From Okamejei kenojei (Eukaryota), in the NCBI GenBank assembly GCA_035221665.1, contig CM069142.1:34472001-34536000 (forward strand): a DNA stretch of 64,000 bases, given 5' to 3'. The notes beneath the pieces were generated by a model that was not told where the DNA came from, did no database searches, and was given only the letters and a program-made list of their open reading frames with translations. Shown in pieces: positions 36,082-50,142 of this stretch. The stretch's first letter is position 1. Every line of letters starts with the position of its first letter. A program made the position numbers and the translations under genes.

Positions 36082-38597
36082 TTGTTAAATATTTTTATTG
36101 TAGAAACATATTAATAAAAAATGCATTATTAGATACATTCATAATATTATTAATATTAATATTAAGATTTAAGACTTTATGTTTCTATATACTTTAAAAA
36201 AAATTTTTATAAAGTAGGAAGAGATAGAGAAAAATAATATAGAAAATAAGGAAGTGAATGGAGTATTAATCAATAATCCGGCATTGGAGATATAACCATG
36301 ATTTATTATGCGTAATTCTTCATCCATTCTATTATTCAGGTCTCAGTCAAGCCCTCGCACTGAGCCACTTTGACCCTGTAAATATTCAATATATGGAGAT
36401 CATATCCCTCTGAAGAGATCCAACCTGTCCATTAGGACAAGCCTTAATCTTTCCAGATGGAGTGTCTCCGACATTTCTGTATTCCACATTTTGATTGTGG
36501 GGGATGTAGGACCTTTCCAGAATTTTAGTATTAATTTTTTCCCAATTATTAAACCATAATCAATAAAGATTCTTTGATTCGTTGTTATTAATTGGTCTGT
36601 TTCCAGTATTCCTAGTATTATTAACTTTGAATCAGGGGTCAGATTCATATTGACAACATTCAAAATTATCCTAAATATTTCTATCCAAAATTTCGTAATC
36701 TTTACACAATTTGTAAATGAGTGTGTCAGATTAGCTTCTAAATGTTGACATTTATCACATATGGGAGATACTTTTGGAAAGATGTTATGTAGTTTGGATT
36801 TTGAATAATGTAGTCTATGTAGTATTTTAAACTGTATAAGAGAGTGTTTAGCATTTAACGAACAATGGTGTATATGTTGTAAACTTTCGTCCCATACTTC
36901 TGGTCTTATAATTTGACCTAATTCGTTTTCCCAAGATTGTCTATATATTTCTGCTGATGGGACATCATTTTCCAATAGGGTGTTATATATATATATATAT
37001 ATATATGAAATCATTTTTTCTGTGTTCGGATGTTTATTTAGACATTCATCTAAAATTTCTGTCTTTCTATTTCTAAGTTCCTGTGTGTTTGCTTTTACAT
37101 AGTCTCTGATTTGTAAATATCTAAAATAATCTATAGAATGTAGTCCATAAATTTGTTGTAATTCTTGAAATGAAAGGAAAGAGTTTTCCTTATAGAGATC
37201 ACCCATCTTAATAATTCCCTTGTTTTTCCATTGTAAAAAGCCTTCATCCATCATTGAAGGTTTAAATGTAACGTTATTTACAATGGTAAGGGCTAGTGGT
37301 ATAGATTTCAGTTTTAATGTTTTCTTTATTTGTTTCCAAATACATATTCCACTTTCTATTATCGGGTTTTCACTATAGATTTTCTTAGCTAAATTAATAT
37401 TAGCGAATATTATTGAACTAATTTCAAAAGGAGAACAATCTTCTTTTTCCATATTTAACCAAATTGGTTGGTTATCTGTCTCTTCTATCCAAAAATTCAT
37501 ATTTTTAATATTAACTGCCCAGTAATAAAACATAAAATTTGGTAGTGCTAAACCTCCATTTATTTTTAATTTACATAAATGTTTTTTATTTATTCTATGG
37601 CTCTTATAATCCCAAATAAAGTTAGTAACTAGGGAGTCCACCTTCTTAAAGACATTTTTAGGAAGATATATCAGAATTAATTGGAAAAGATATAACAATT
37701 GTGGAAGAAAAATCATTTTTATTATTTTAATTTTACCTAACATTGAAATAGGTAGAGTTTTCCAATATAAAATATTCTTATTTAATTTATTCAATAGTAG
37801 TGGGAAGTTAGATTTAAATAAAGAATCAAATCTCTTTGTTACATAAATTCCAAGATATTTAATTTTTTCATTTGTTATCTTAAAAGGAAATTGTTGTAAT
37901 ATGTGTAAGTTATTTACCGTTATTGACATAAGTTCACTTTTATTCCAATTGATACTATATCCTGAAAAAGATCCGAATTCAGTTATTAATTTTAACAAAT
38001 TTTGTATACTAATTTCTGGTTTTGTGATGTAAAGTAATACATCATCCGCGTATAAGGAGATTTTATTTTTAGTATCTCTAGTATCATACCCATATATTAC
38101 AGGATGTAATCTCACCCCCTGAGCTAACGGTTCTATTGCAAGTGCAAACAGTAGGGGGGATAAAGGGCAACCTTGTCTACAGCCTCGAGATAAATTGAAT
38201 TTAGTTGATAACATTTGATTTGTTATTATTCTAGCTGTTGGGTTTGTATATAATAATTTGATCCAAGTAATGAACTTCTCTCCCAATTTAAAAGTTTCCA
38301 TAACCGAAAACAAATAGGACCATTCCACCTGATCGAAGGCTTTCTCTGCATCACGAGATAACTACTAGATCTTTTTTAATACCTCTTTTCGAATATATAA
38401 TATTGAATAACCGTCTCAAGTTATATGAGGAATATCGTTTTGGTATAAATCCTGTTTGATCGGGGTAAATTAATTCATTAATAACTGTGCTTAGCCTTTG
38501 TGCTAATATTTTGGTTAATATCTTTTGATCAGTATTTAAAAGAGCTATAGCTCTAAATGATCCTGGTTCATCCAGATCTTTGTTTATTTTAGGTATG
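36082..38597 (-). mobile_element. 5'-truncated L1-clade LINE with a 642-aa open RT plus CCHC region (36400-38328)
   Basis: RGCRQGCPLSPLLF, ISLYADDVL, KYLGI, GGLALPN, CDKC..HSFTNC. Confidence 0.95.
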
Positions 38598-39218
38598 AAG
38601 TTGTGTCCTTTTTTGTACTAACCATTATCTGCAGTTCCTTGTTTCAAAATTTCTTCAAGGTAAGTTAAGGTTTGAAGTGAAAAGTTCAAAAATCTAACTT
38701 TCCACGCAACCTATTCCCAACTGTTCTTCGAAGTTCTGATTATCCCCAGTGTGATTGTCACTGGGTCATTATTTCACAGCACAGAATCCCCAAGCTCTGA
38801 CGAAACATCATCTCTCACTGTATTTATTAACAGCATAAATCTTGAAGCGGCTAATAAAAAACATATTGGTTTCAGTATCCAGAGTGCTTAATATCCCAGG
38901 GTGGAGAGATTTGAAATACAACCCTATTAAAGCAGCACTAAACCAAATGGAACATCATGGAAGCAAGCTCACCTGAATGTAGTGGACCCTACTGAACCCA
39001 GACATTTGCAAGGTTATTGGACAAACTCAATTTATTTCTCAGGCATTTTTCTGCCATTTTTCAAAGGCAGTCTAACTACTATTGAGGTAAAAGGTGAAAT
39101 TGACCAGAATAAAGAAATGATTGTGAACATTGTTAGCACAATGTAGTTATTCTGGGTTTGGGAATTATGAGACACTTCAACATTGAAATAATTCTCCATA
39201 TGACAATAAATAATTTAT

Positions 39219-39547
39219 AGGGTGGCACAGTGCCACAGCTGGTAGAGCTGCTGCCTCACAGCTCCAGAGATCCAGGTTTGATCCTGACAGAGGAATTTGT
39301 GCATTCTCCCCGTCACAGTGTGGGTTTTCTCTGGGTGCTCTGGTTTCCTCCCACATCCCAAAGACATGGGATGTGGGAGGAAGGTTTGTAGGTTAATTGG
39401 CCTCTGTAAAAATTGCCCCTGATGTGTAAAGCTTAGATGAGAGAATGGGATAACATAGAACTAGCGTGAACAGGTGATCTATGGTCGGTGTGGACTCAGT
39501 GGGCCGAAGGGCCTGTTTCTATGCTGTATTTCTAAAACTAAATCTAA
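39219..39547 (+). mobile_element. HE1-like V-SINE with an internal inverted duplication
   Basis: ttcctcccacatccca-aagaca-tgggatgtgggaggaa at 39344-39382. Confidence 0.85.
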
Positions 39548-39614
39548 ATGGGTGTTGGTGAAATCTAGACTCTGTCCCAGAAAATCACTCAATGTGTTTC
39601 AAAGGTGTTCAAAG

Positions 39615-40735
39615 TCATGTCATGTGATAGGAGAAGAATTAGGCCATTCAGCCCATTAAGTCTACTCTGCTATTCAATCATGGCTGATCAATCTCTCCCT
39701 CCTAACCCCATTCTCCTGCCTTCTTCCCATAACCTCAGTCATCTGTATTAATCAAGAATCTATCTGTCTCTTCCTTAAATATATCCACTGACTTTGCCTC
39801 CACAGCCTTTAATGGCAAAGAATTCCGCAGATTCACCACCCTCTGACTAAAGAAATTCCACCTCATCTCCTTCCTAAAAGAACGTCCTTTAATTCTGAGA
39901 CTATGACCTCTAGTCCCAGACTCTTAGTGGAAACATCCTCTCCACATCCACTCTACCCAGCCTTTCACTATTCTGTATGTTTCAATGAGGTCCCCCCCCT
40001 CATTCTTCTAAACTCCAGTGAATATAGGCCCAGTGCTGTCTGACACCCATCATATGTTAATCTACTCATTCCTGGGTAGACAGAAAATGCTGGAGAAACT
40101 CAGCGGGTGAGGCAGCATCTATGGAGAAAAGGAGTAGGTGACGTTTAGGGTCGAGACCCTTCTTCAGACTGGGATCATTCCTGGGATCATTCTTGTCAAC
40201 CTCCTCTGGACCCTCTCCAGAGCCAGCACATCTTTCCTCAGATATGGTGCCCAAAATTGCTCACAATATTCCATATGCGGCCAGACCAGCGCCTTATAAT
40301 TTCTGGATTCTCTCCCCATTTAGAAAATAATCTACGCCTTTAATCCTACTGCCAAAACGCAAGACTCCACACTTTGCTAGACTATATTCCATCTTCCATC
40401 TCTCTGCCCACTCTCCCAAGCTATCCAAGACCTTCTGCAGAGTCCCTGCTTTCTCCACACTACCTGCCCCTCCACCTATTTTCGTATAATCCGCAAACTT
40501 GGACCCCCATCCACATCATTGATATCCAATGTGAAGAGCAGCGGCCCCAGCACCGAGCCCTGTGGAACTCCGCTAGTCACTGGCAGCAAACCAGAAAAAG
40601 CTCTTTGTCTTCTGCCCTCCAGCCAACATGATATCCATGTTAGTATCGGCCCTTTGATACCATGGGCTCTCACCTTCCTTAGCAGCCTTCCGTGTGGCAC
40701 CTTATCAAAGGCTTTCTGATAATCTAGATATACAA
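39615..40735 (-). mobile_element. Degraded CR1 ORF2 3' region with a Penelope-related arm inserted at 40075-40170
   Basis: PHGRLLRKVRAHGI..VTSGVPQGSVLGPLLF; tcattcctggg repeated around the insert. Confidence 0.85.
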
Positions 40736-43488
40736 CAACAAAGGTTATTAATTGGTTTAGTTCAGTTTTAGAGATGCAGCTAAACTAAATATCAGTAAAC
40801 ATTTGCTTTCACTTCTGTCTGGTTAGAATTCCTATTGCTTATCAGTCTTGCTCGCCATATTAATAATTACTGACTTCTTACAAATGGGAATAAATAACAT
40901 GGCCATAATATTCTATTGGCTCAGTGGAGTAATAAAAATCGGAAGCAGGCTTGAAATTGCGGGTTATAATCAATTTTATAGAAATAAATATCATTCAGGT
41001 AAATATGAACTCTCGATACCACATAGGCATAAGTTGAGACAGGAATGATTTAAGAGGGACCTCAGCAGTAACTTTTTTACTCAGAAGGTAGTCTGTATCT
41101 GGAATGAGCTGCCAGAGGAAGCTATAGAAACAGACACTTACAGCAGGCTTTAGAATTGTAGACATACAGGGTGGAACATGCCCTTCAGCCCACAGAGTCA
41201 CCGCCAACCAGCGATCACCCCGTGCTCCAGCACTATCCTACACAATAGGGGCAATTATTATAATATACGGAAACCAATTAACCTACAAACCTGTATGTCT
41301 TTGGAGTGTGGGAGGAAACCAGAGCAGCCGGAGAAAACCCACATGGTCACAGGTAGAACGTACAAACTCTGTACAGACAGCACCTGTAGTTAGGGTCGAA
41401 CCCCTGTCTCTGGCGCTGTGAGGCAGCATCTTTACTGCTGCATTACTGTGACGCCCTTAACACATTTATAACTTTTAAAGGACATTTGGACAGATATATG
41501 GATAGGTAGGGTTTAGAGGGTTATGGGCCATGTGTGAGCTTGATTGGCATGGACTCGATGGGCCGAAGGGCCTGTTTCCACACTGTAGCTCGAAGTTTAA
41601 AGCATCTGCAGATCTTTGTGTCTACAAAGTCTTGTGGAGCTGCACCATGACTTCCTGACTCTCATACTCAATGCCCCGACCAATGAAGGCGAGCATACTA
41701 TGGGTCTTCTTTTCCCTGATAAAATATACCATTCTATGTTGGTAGATTATCTTGTCAGACAGCCAGAAAACATATGCATAAAATATGAAGATAAGAACAT
41801 CAGAACCGTGTGTAATTCGTGTATCTGTTCCTTCCAATGAAGCTCATGCTGGATTTACTCGGATGACTGCTATCAAAGTGATGCAGAGCCCAGAGGGGAA
41901 GAGAATAATTTGTTAAACTTTGAAAAAGATACAAATCTGTAACATGTCTTTTTAATTAAGGACACTTCACATTGCAAGCTACATTATTCTCCATGTTCTC
42001 TGACTACCCTTATCTTTACAATATCCAGCCCTCTTCTCAACCAAATATTGAAGCTGTTATTCTTCAAAGTTGTTAATTGACATAGAAATGGGGCTTTGGT
42101 TTGAAGTTTGTTTCATACATCAATTATTAATGGGGGGGAAAAAACACTTCTTGTGAAGCCTGACCTCATTACATGCTTGTTAATTTAGTTGAGTAGTTGT
42201 ATCTAAATATTTTGCCGAGCACTTGCGCTTGTTCCACTGAGGCCTGCTCGGTTGCTAACCATGTTAACTCCCCTTCCCATTCCCTCGCCAACCTTTCTGT
42301 CTGGCGTCGGATATAGGAGAATACATATATATTCTCAGCGGAAAATGTTTATTAAAATGTTCCTTTTGTCTAACTCCTTTCGAAGTCAACATAATCAAAG
42401 ACTTGTCCCACCCTGGTTATTCCTTCTTCTCTCAGCTCTCACCCAGAAGCTTGAAAGTGCGCACTACCAGCCTCAGAAATCGCTTCGTCCCCTCTGTTAT
42501 CAGGCTTCTGAACAGCTCTTCCATAAGCTAGGGCATTGTCCGATTCACCTCTAATCCATTGCGGACATTGGACTGTGTCTATGGAACTGATGCGCCACAA
42601 TGCTGAGATTTATATTCTGCACTCTGTATCTTTCCCTCTGCTCTACCTTGAGTTTAAACTGATTATGTCTATGTATGGTATATCTGCTCTATTTGGATAG
42701 CATGCAAAACAAAACAAAGATTTTCACTGTATCTCAGTACACGTGACAATAATAAACCTAAACCTAAATCTAAAAAAACATTTTCCCACAGCAGAGTTTC
42801 TAATTCTTCTACCTTCAAAACTAATTCCCCCTTAAAATCCTTCCTTTATTACATGCAAAATTATCTAACAACATGTCAAAGCGTCTTACAGCGTAAAAAC
42901 AGGCCTTTTGGCCCAACTTGCCCACACCGACCAACATGTCCCATCTACAGTAGTCCCACCTGCCTGCATTTGGCCCATATCCCTCTAAAGCTTTTACTAT
43001 CCATGTATCTGTCTAAATGTTTCTTAAATGTCGCGAGAGTACCTGCCTCAACTACCTCTTCTGGCAGCTCATTCCATACACCCACTACCCTTTGAGTGAA
43101 AAAGTTACCCCTCAGGTTCCTATTAAATCTTTCCCCCCTCACCTTAAACCCATGTCCTCTGTAGGTTGATCTTGTACTTTCCCCTCACTATGAAATGAAT
43201 AAAATCAGCGAACAATTTGTACCTCAGAGTGTGATCACAAATTCTAACTCTATATTTAAAATGTGTCGCTGCTCTGTGATAGAATGAATTTGTGATATTC
43301 TCCAGGACATCAGCAGTCAGTTGTGAAAGGGAATTATGTTGGTCAACATTTTCAAAGGAAACCAACAAAGTTGTGATACATGTGGGTGTTGCCTGTACGG
43401 AGTGTGTACGTTCTCCCCGTGACCGCATGGGTTTTCCCCGAGTGCTCCGGCTCCTCCTGCACTCCAAAGACGTGCACGTTTGCAGGTT

Positions 43489-46400
43489 TGTTTTTTTTTT
43501 TTGTTTTTTTTTAATTTTTTTATTGTAGAAACAATATATACCAAGTACACTCTTATACGACATTGAGAGTTATATAATATATAAAATTATAACATATTGA
43601 TTATCGATTAATACTATTTATGTTAATTGTAATATTATCCATTATACATTTCATTGTTATTTATTTTATATAATTGGGAGTATATGTAGTATATTCCTAA
43701 AATAAGTAATACACTTAGATTTCTCAAATCATAGATATTCTTCTAATTACCAAATAGAAATCCCCGCTAATATAACTACGTAGTACCCAATCTTAAACAA
43801 AGTTTTTTTGATATTCATAATGTTATCAAAATATTAATAATGTTTGTATTATTGTTAATTTTATATTTCATAATTATTGTATAATTGAAAATACATAGTT
43901 TTATATAATTACAAGTTTAAGACATCTATAATCTTTTCATACGAACAGAAATAAGTGTGTACGTATTAAAAATGTATATAATATGTTTCTATAATTTTTT
44001 CCTTAATTAAAGATAGAAAGATAGAGAAAAAGAATAGAAAATAGAAAAGAAAATGTGAAAAGTTTGATGGAGATTGAAGTATTACTAAATAATCCAATCT
44101 TGGAGATACATTCATGATTTGTTATGTATATTTCTTCATCCATTCAGATATTCAGGCCTCAGTCAAGTCCCTGCGCCGAACCATTGTGACCCTGTAGATA
44201 TTTAATATAGGGAGACCATATCTCCTTGAAGAGATCTAACCTGTCCATAAGGACAAGTCTCAATCTCTCCAAGTGAAGTGTCTCCGTCATTTCTGTATTC
44301 CACATTTTAATTGTTGGGGATACAGGGCCTTTCCAAAATTTTAATATTAATTTTTTTCCCAATTAATTAAAGAATAGTCGATAAAAGTTCTATGATTCCT
44401 TGTAATTATTTGTTCCGTTTCCGGTATTCCAAGTATGATTAACTTTGGGTCATAAATCATAGTAATATTAATAACTTTCGAGATTATTTTAAATATTTCA
44501 TTCCAATATTCTAAAATCTTCGTACAATTAGTAAATGAGTGTGACAGAGTTGCTTCCATGATTTGACATTTATCACATATAGGTGATAGTTTTTGGAAAT
44601 ATATTATGTAGTTTAGATTTAGAATAATGTAATCTATGTAAGATTTTAAACTGTATAAGTGCATGTTTAGCATTTAAAGAGCAGTAATGTATATGTTGTA
44701 GGCTTTCTTCCCATATTTCTGGACTTATTATTTGACTTAGTTCATTTTCCCAGCGCTGTCTATGTATTTCCGATGATGGAATATCACTTTCCAACAAAAT
44801 ATTGTAAATGTATGATATCATTTTTTTCTGTATTTGGATGTTTATTCAAGCATTTAAAATTTCACTCTTTCTATTTCTAAGTTCTTGTGTATTTGCAGAG
44901 ATATAGTTTCTGATTTGTAAATATCTGAAATATTCATTATTATTATGAAGCCCGTAAGTTTGTTGTAATTCTTGAAATGAAAGAAAAGAATTATCCTTAT
45001 AAAGATCCCCTATATTTAAAATTCCTTTATTTTTCCATTGTATAAAAGCTTTATCCATCATTGACGGTTTAAACGTAAAGTTGTTGGCAATTGTAAGACC
45101 TAGCGGTATAAATTTTAGTTTTAGTGTTTTCTTTATTTGTTTCCAAATACGTATTCCACTTTCTATTATCAAATTTTCACTATAAATTTTCTTAGGTACA
45201 TTAGTATTAGCAAATATTATAGAGCTAATTTCAAATGGAAAACAGTCTTCTCTTTCCATTTTTAACCAATTTGGTTTATTATCTATTTCTCCTAACCAAA
45301 AATTCATATTTCTAATGTTAACTGCCCAATAATAAAACATAAAATTTGGTAAAGCTAAGCCCCCGTTTATTTTAGCTTTACATAAATGTTTTTTATTTAT
45401 TCTATGATTTTTATAATCCCAAATAAAGTTAGTGACTATTGAATCTACTTTTTTAAAGAAATTTTTAGAGAGATATATCGGGATTGATTGAAATAAATAT
45501 AATAATTGTGGGAGGAAAATCATTTTTATTGCGTTTATTTTACCTAACATTGAGATAGGTAAGCTTTTCCAGTATAAGATATTTTTATTTAATTTATTCA
45601 ATAATAACGGGAAATTAGATTTGAATAAAGAGTCAAATCTTTTTGTAACAAAAATACCAAGATATTTAATATTTTCATTTGTTATCTTAAAAGGAAATTG
45701 TTGTAATATCTGTAAATTATTCATGGTTATTGGCATAAGTTCACTTTTATTCCAATTGATACTGTATCCTGAAATTAAACCAAATTCCGTTATTAGTTTT
45801 AACAAATTACAGATACTTATTTCCGGTTTAGTAATATAAAGTAATATATCGTCCGCATATAACGAGATTTTATTCTTAGTATCTTTAGTATCGTATCCAT
45901 ATATTTCTGGATGTAATCTTACCCTTTGAGCAAGAGGTTCGATTGCTAACGCAAACAGTAATGGTGATAAAGGACAGCCTTGTCTACAACCTCGAAATAA
46001 ACTAAACTTAGTTGATAACATATGGTTTGTTATTATTCTAGCTGTTGGATTTGCATATAATAATTTAATCCAAGTAGTAAACTTATCACCAAGCTTAAAG
46101 GCTTCCATCACCGAAAATAGATAAGGCCATTCCACCTGGTCAAAAGCTTTTTCTGCATCCAACGAGATGACTACTAAGTCTTTTTTATCACTTCTTTTCG
46201 AATATATGATATTAAATAACCGTCTTAAATTATATGAAGAATATCTTTTAGGTATAAATCCTGTTTGATCAGGATGAATTAATTCGTTAACAATTTTGCT
46301 TAGTCTTTGTGCAAGAATTTTTGTTAAAATTTTTTGATCCGTATTTAATAAAGCAATTGCTCTATACGATCCTGGGTCATCCAAATCTTTATTTATTTTG

Positions 46401-48989
46401 GTATAAGTGTTATAATAGATTCGTTCAATGTATCTGGTAATTTCTCTTGTGTATATATCTGTTCATATAATGATTTTAAATATGGGACCATTTGGGCATG
46501 AAAAATTTTATAAAATTCCGAGCCTATACCATCTGGTCCTGGAGTTTTACCATTTTTTAAAGATTTAATAGATTCTTGGATTTCTTTTATTGAAATATCG
46601 GCATTTTAAAATTCTCTATTTGTAAATCTAATTCTTTTAAGTTACATACATTTAAAAAGGCATCTATTTCTGTTTTATTTACTGTTGTGTTACCAGTATA
46701 CAAATTTTATAATATTGCATAAATCTTTCATTAATATCCTTGGGTTGTATTAATAATTCACCGTTTTGTGATTTAATCCTATGTATAATTTTTTCCGCTT
46801 CAATTTTCCTTAATTGTCGAGCCAATAGTTTTTGTGGTTTGTCTCCAAATTCAAACAACAATTGTTTAGTATGTTGGTAGTATTTTTAAAACTTGATCAG
46901 TATATATTTAATTTAATTTATACTTCAATGCTACAATTTTATTATGTATTATTATATCTGATTTTGTTGCATTCTGTATATCTAATTGTTTAATCTCCCT
47001 TTCTAAGTCATGTTGTTCCTTCCGAATCTTCTTATTATGGAATGCTTGTGAAGAAATCATAATTCCTCGAAGATATGCTTTAAATGTTTCCCATAGTAAA
47101 GAGCGAGATATTTCTGGTTGATCATTTATTTCAAAAAACATCTTAATCTGAGTTATGATGTATTCCTGAGTTGTTTTATTTTTTAAAATTTGTGGATTAA
47201 GTTTCCATTGTCCTAGATTTCCTGTTTTACCATTTATTTTAATTTTAAATGTTAATGGTGCGTGATCTGAAAATTATAATATTATGATATTTTGGATTCG
47301 TAAGTAAGTGAAATAAGCTTTGCATCTACTAGGAAGTAATCTATTCTTGAATAGGTTTTATGTACTGGCGAGTAGAAGGAATATTCTCGACCAGTAGGAT
47401 TTTCTGTTCTCCAAACATCTTTAATGTTAGTCGTTTGAATGTATGCGTTTAATAAATCACTAGAATGCGATTTAGTTTTTCCTTTGTTTTGAAGATCTAT
47501 CTAAATAAGGGTCTAATGTACAATTAAAATCTCCTCCAATTATCAAATTGTAATGTGTTAATTCTGGAATATTATTAAGTACTTTCTTAAAGAATAAAGG
47601 ACTATCAAAATTTGGTCCATAGATGTTAACAAAAATCATTTTTTTCCCTATTTATTTCTCCTATTACAATAATGTATCTGCCATCTTTATCAGATATAGT
47701 AATATATGCTTAAATAAAGTACCTTTACGAAATAATATTGCTACGCCTCTTGATTTATGCGTAAAGGAAGAGTGATATATTTTATCTATCCATTTAGCTT
47801 TCAGCCTATTTTCAGCGTCTTTCTTTAGGTGAGTTTCTTGAATGTAAATTACATCAGCTTTCATTGCCTTTAAGTGTGTCAATATTTTTCCTCTTTTTAT
47901 TGGTTCATTGATACCTTTAACATTCCAACAGCAAAAGGTTAATCCCTCGTTCCCCATATTTCTTTTTAAATCCTGCATTTTAGGTTTGTGGAAATCTAGA
48001 ATAGGGTCCAAGGGTCCGCGCAGTAGACTCAACCTTACACCCGAAACACCGAATAGATGAATTTTAGATCTCTTTTATGTGCTTCACGAATGTATCTCCA
48101 TTGTTCCAGTATATAGCTCCATTCAAACTGAAAGATATAGTAAACATAAAAGAATAATGAAAAGTGAGTAAAAAGCTTAATAGAGTGTATAAAGAATAGA
48201 AAAACTACAAATAAAATATTTGTAGTTTGTGAAAGCCAAGCTATATTGGCTATTAATCTAAAGGCTTCCGGCATTGATGTTATTAATTTAGCCAGCTCCT
48301 AATTTTAAGGAATTATTATTCCATGATAATATTTTAACGGGAATATAGTATTAAAGAAATGAAAGGAGTGATATTAATCATCATAAAAGTATATATATCT
48401 AAGATTAGTTTAAAAAAATCTAATTATAAAGCCACAGTTAAAGAATTTTTTTTTTTTAAATACAAAAAATAGAAGTCATTATTAAAAGAGGGAGAAATAC
48501 ATTAAGGGGAGGATATCTCCAAATGTAACAAGACATAAGATATTAATTATTAGTAGTATTAATTAGCAATAGTGCACAGTCTTGGTTAATAACAGTCATA
48601 GTAATAATAAAACCGCGTTATAATTTTAGTATGTGTGTTATTTGTTTGTGTTAGTTGTATATTATGAGTAATTGTCAATGTTCGGTGAGCTTCTTCCAAT
48701 CCGGGAAAACATTTCGTTCCATACGACATTGTCCATTCCTTCTGATTTCTTCTAATTCCATATTGTCGTATAAAGTTTCATAAAATGTTAAGAGACCGTA
48801 CTAGGTCTTTAAAAATAGTAAAAGGCAGTATATTTGCTTGTAGATGGTTTTCAAGTGTCAAACTGCTTTGCAAATTCCATTGCTTCTGTTGGAGTCTTGA
48901 AAAAGTGTTCCACGCTGTTATAAGTAACTCTTAGGATGGCTGGGTAATTCAGACCGTATCTCAAGTTTTCTACACCCCTCATAAGGTTT
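43489..48989 (-). mobile_element. Near-full-length L1-clade LINE (ORF1 C-terminus, long spacer, disrupted ORF2, 3' UTR, poly(A)), inserted in a SINE
   Basis: ORF1 end RYGLNYPAILRVTYN..FKTPTEAMEF (stop 48851-48853); EN start CWNVKG..YIQETH; RT SLDAEKAFD, YADD; A-rich tail; 12-bp TSD cgtttgcaggtt (43477-43488, 48990-49001). Confidence 0.95.
44159..47957 (-). pseudogene. L1 ORF2 (APE endonuclease, RT, CCHC), frameshifted
   Basis: Consecutive ORF fragments 47664-48032, 46908-47141, 46679-46861, 44846-46384, 44573-44821, 44347-44673, 44159-44362. Confidence 0.92.
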
Positions 48990-50142
48990 CGTTTGCAGGT
49001 TAATTGGCTTCGGTAAAGATCGTAAATTGTTTCTAGTGTGTGTAGGATAGTGCTAGTATACGGTCAGTGTGGATTCGATGGGCTGAAGGGACTGTTTCTG
49101 CACTGTTTCTCTGAACTAAACTAAACTACAATGTCTGAAGAAGGGTCCCAGCCCGAAATGTTGGCTGTCGTACAGATGCTGCCTGACCCGCTGAGTTCCT
49201 CCATCTACAGTCTCCTCCCACATCACAAAGACGTGTGAGTTTGTTGCTTAATTATCCTCTGTAAATTGCCCCTAGTGTACAGGGAGTGGATGAGAAAGTG
49301 GGATAACGTAGAACTAGTGATTGATGGTCGGTGTGGACTCGGTGGGCCGAAGGGCCTGTTTCCACGCTGTTTCTTTCATTCAATGTGATTCCTTCAGAAG
49401 ATTCAGGAGAAGCAATTGCTGTATTTCATACCAATAATTGTCAGAGTGAAAGAGTCATTCATCCGACTACATGGAGCTAAGGAGATTATTTCAGCAGGCA
49501 AAGTGAAGCAAGACAGTGGTATGAGTAATAGTATAATAATGGCATTGCAGAGGGGAACAATATAGCTCATTGATATTGGATTCAGTGTTAGATGTAATAT
49601 GAATTATAAGATGTAATGTGGTGAAGCCGAGAGCATGCTTCCTATTATTAGTTGAACTTCTTTTATACCTTTCTAGTTTTAAGGGTCATATTTTTAAATA
49701 GCACCCAAAATTTGATGAAGCAGAGCTCAGAGACCCGGGTTCGATCCTGACCTTGGTTACTGTCTGCACAGAGTTTACACTGTAACCACGTGGGTTTCCT
49801 CTGGGTGCTCCGGTTTCCTCCCACATCACAAAGACATGTGTGTTTGTAGGTTAATTAGCCATCTGTAAAGTTGCCCCCAGTGTGTAGAGAGTGGATGAGA
49901 AAGCGGGATAACAAGGAACGAGTGTGACCGAGTGATCGATGGAGTCATTGGGCTGAAGGTCCTGTTTTCATGCTATATCTTCCAATCAATCAATTCAATA
50001 TAAAATGATCTATTTTAGTTTAGTTTAACTTAGAGATACAGCATTGAAACGGCCCCTGCAGCTCACTGAGTCTGCGATAACCAGCGATCACCCGTTCACA
50101 CAAGTTCTATTCCACACACTAGGGACAATTTACAGCAGCCAA

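Noticed and set aside
36050-38630. Possible TSD around the 36-38.6 kb L1
   Set aside because: The flanks (ttgtgtctacctttggtataaacc vs ttgtgtccttttttgtactaacc) are too divergent for such an intact copy.
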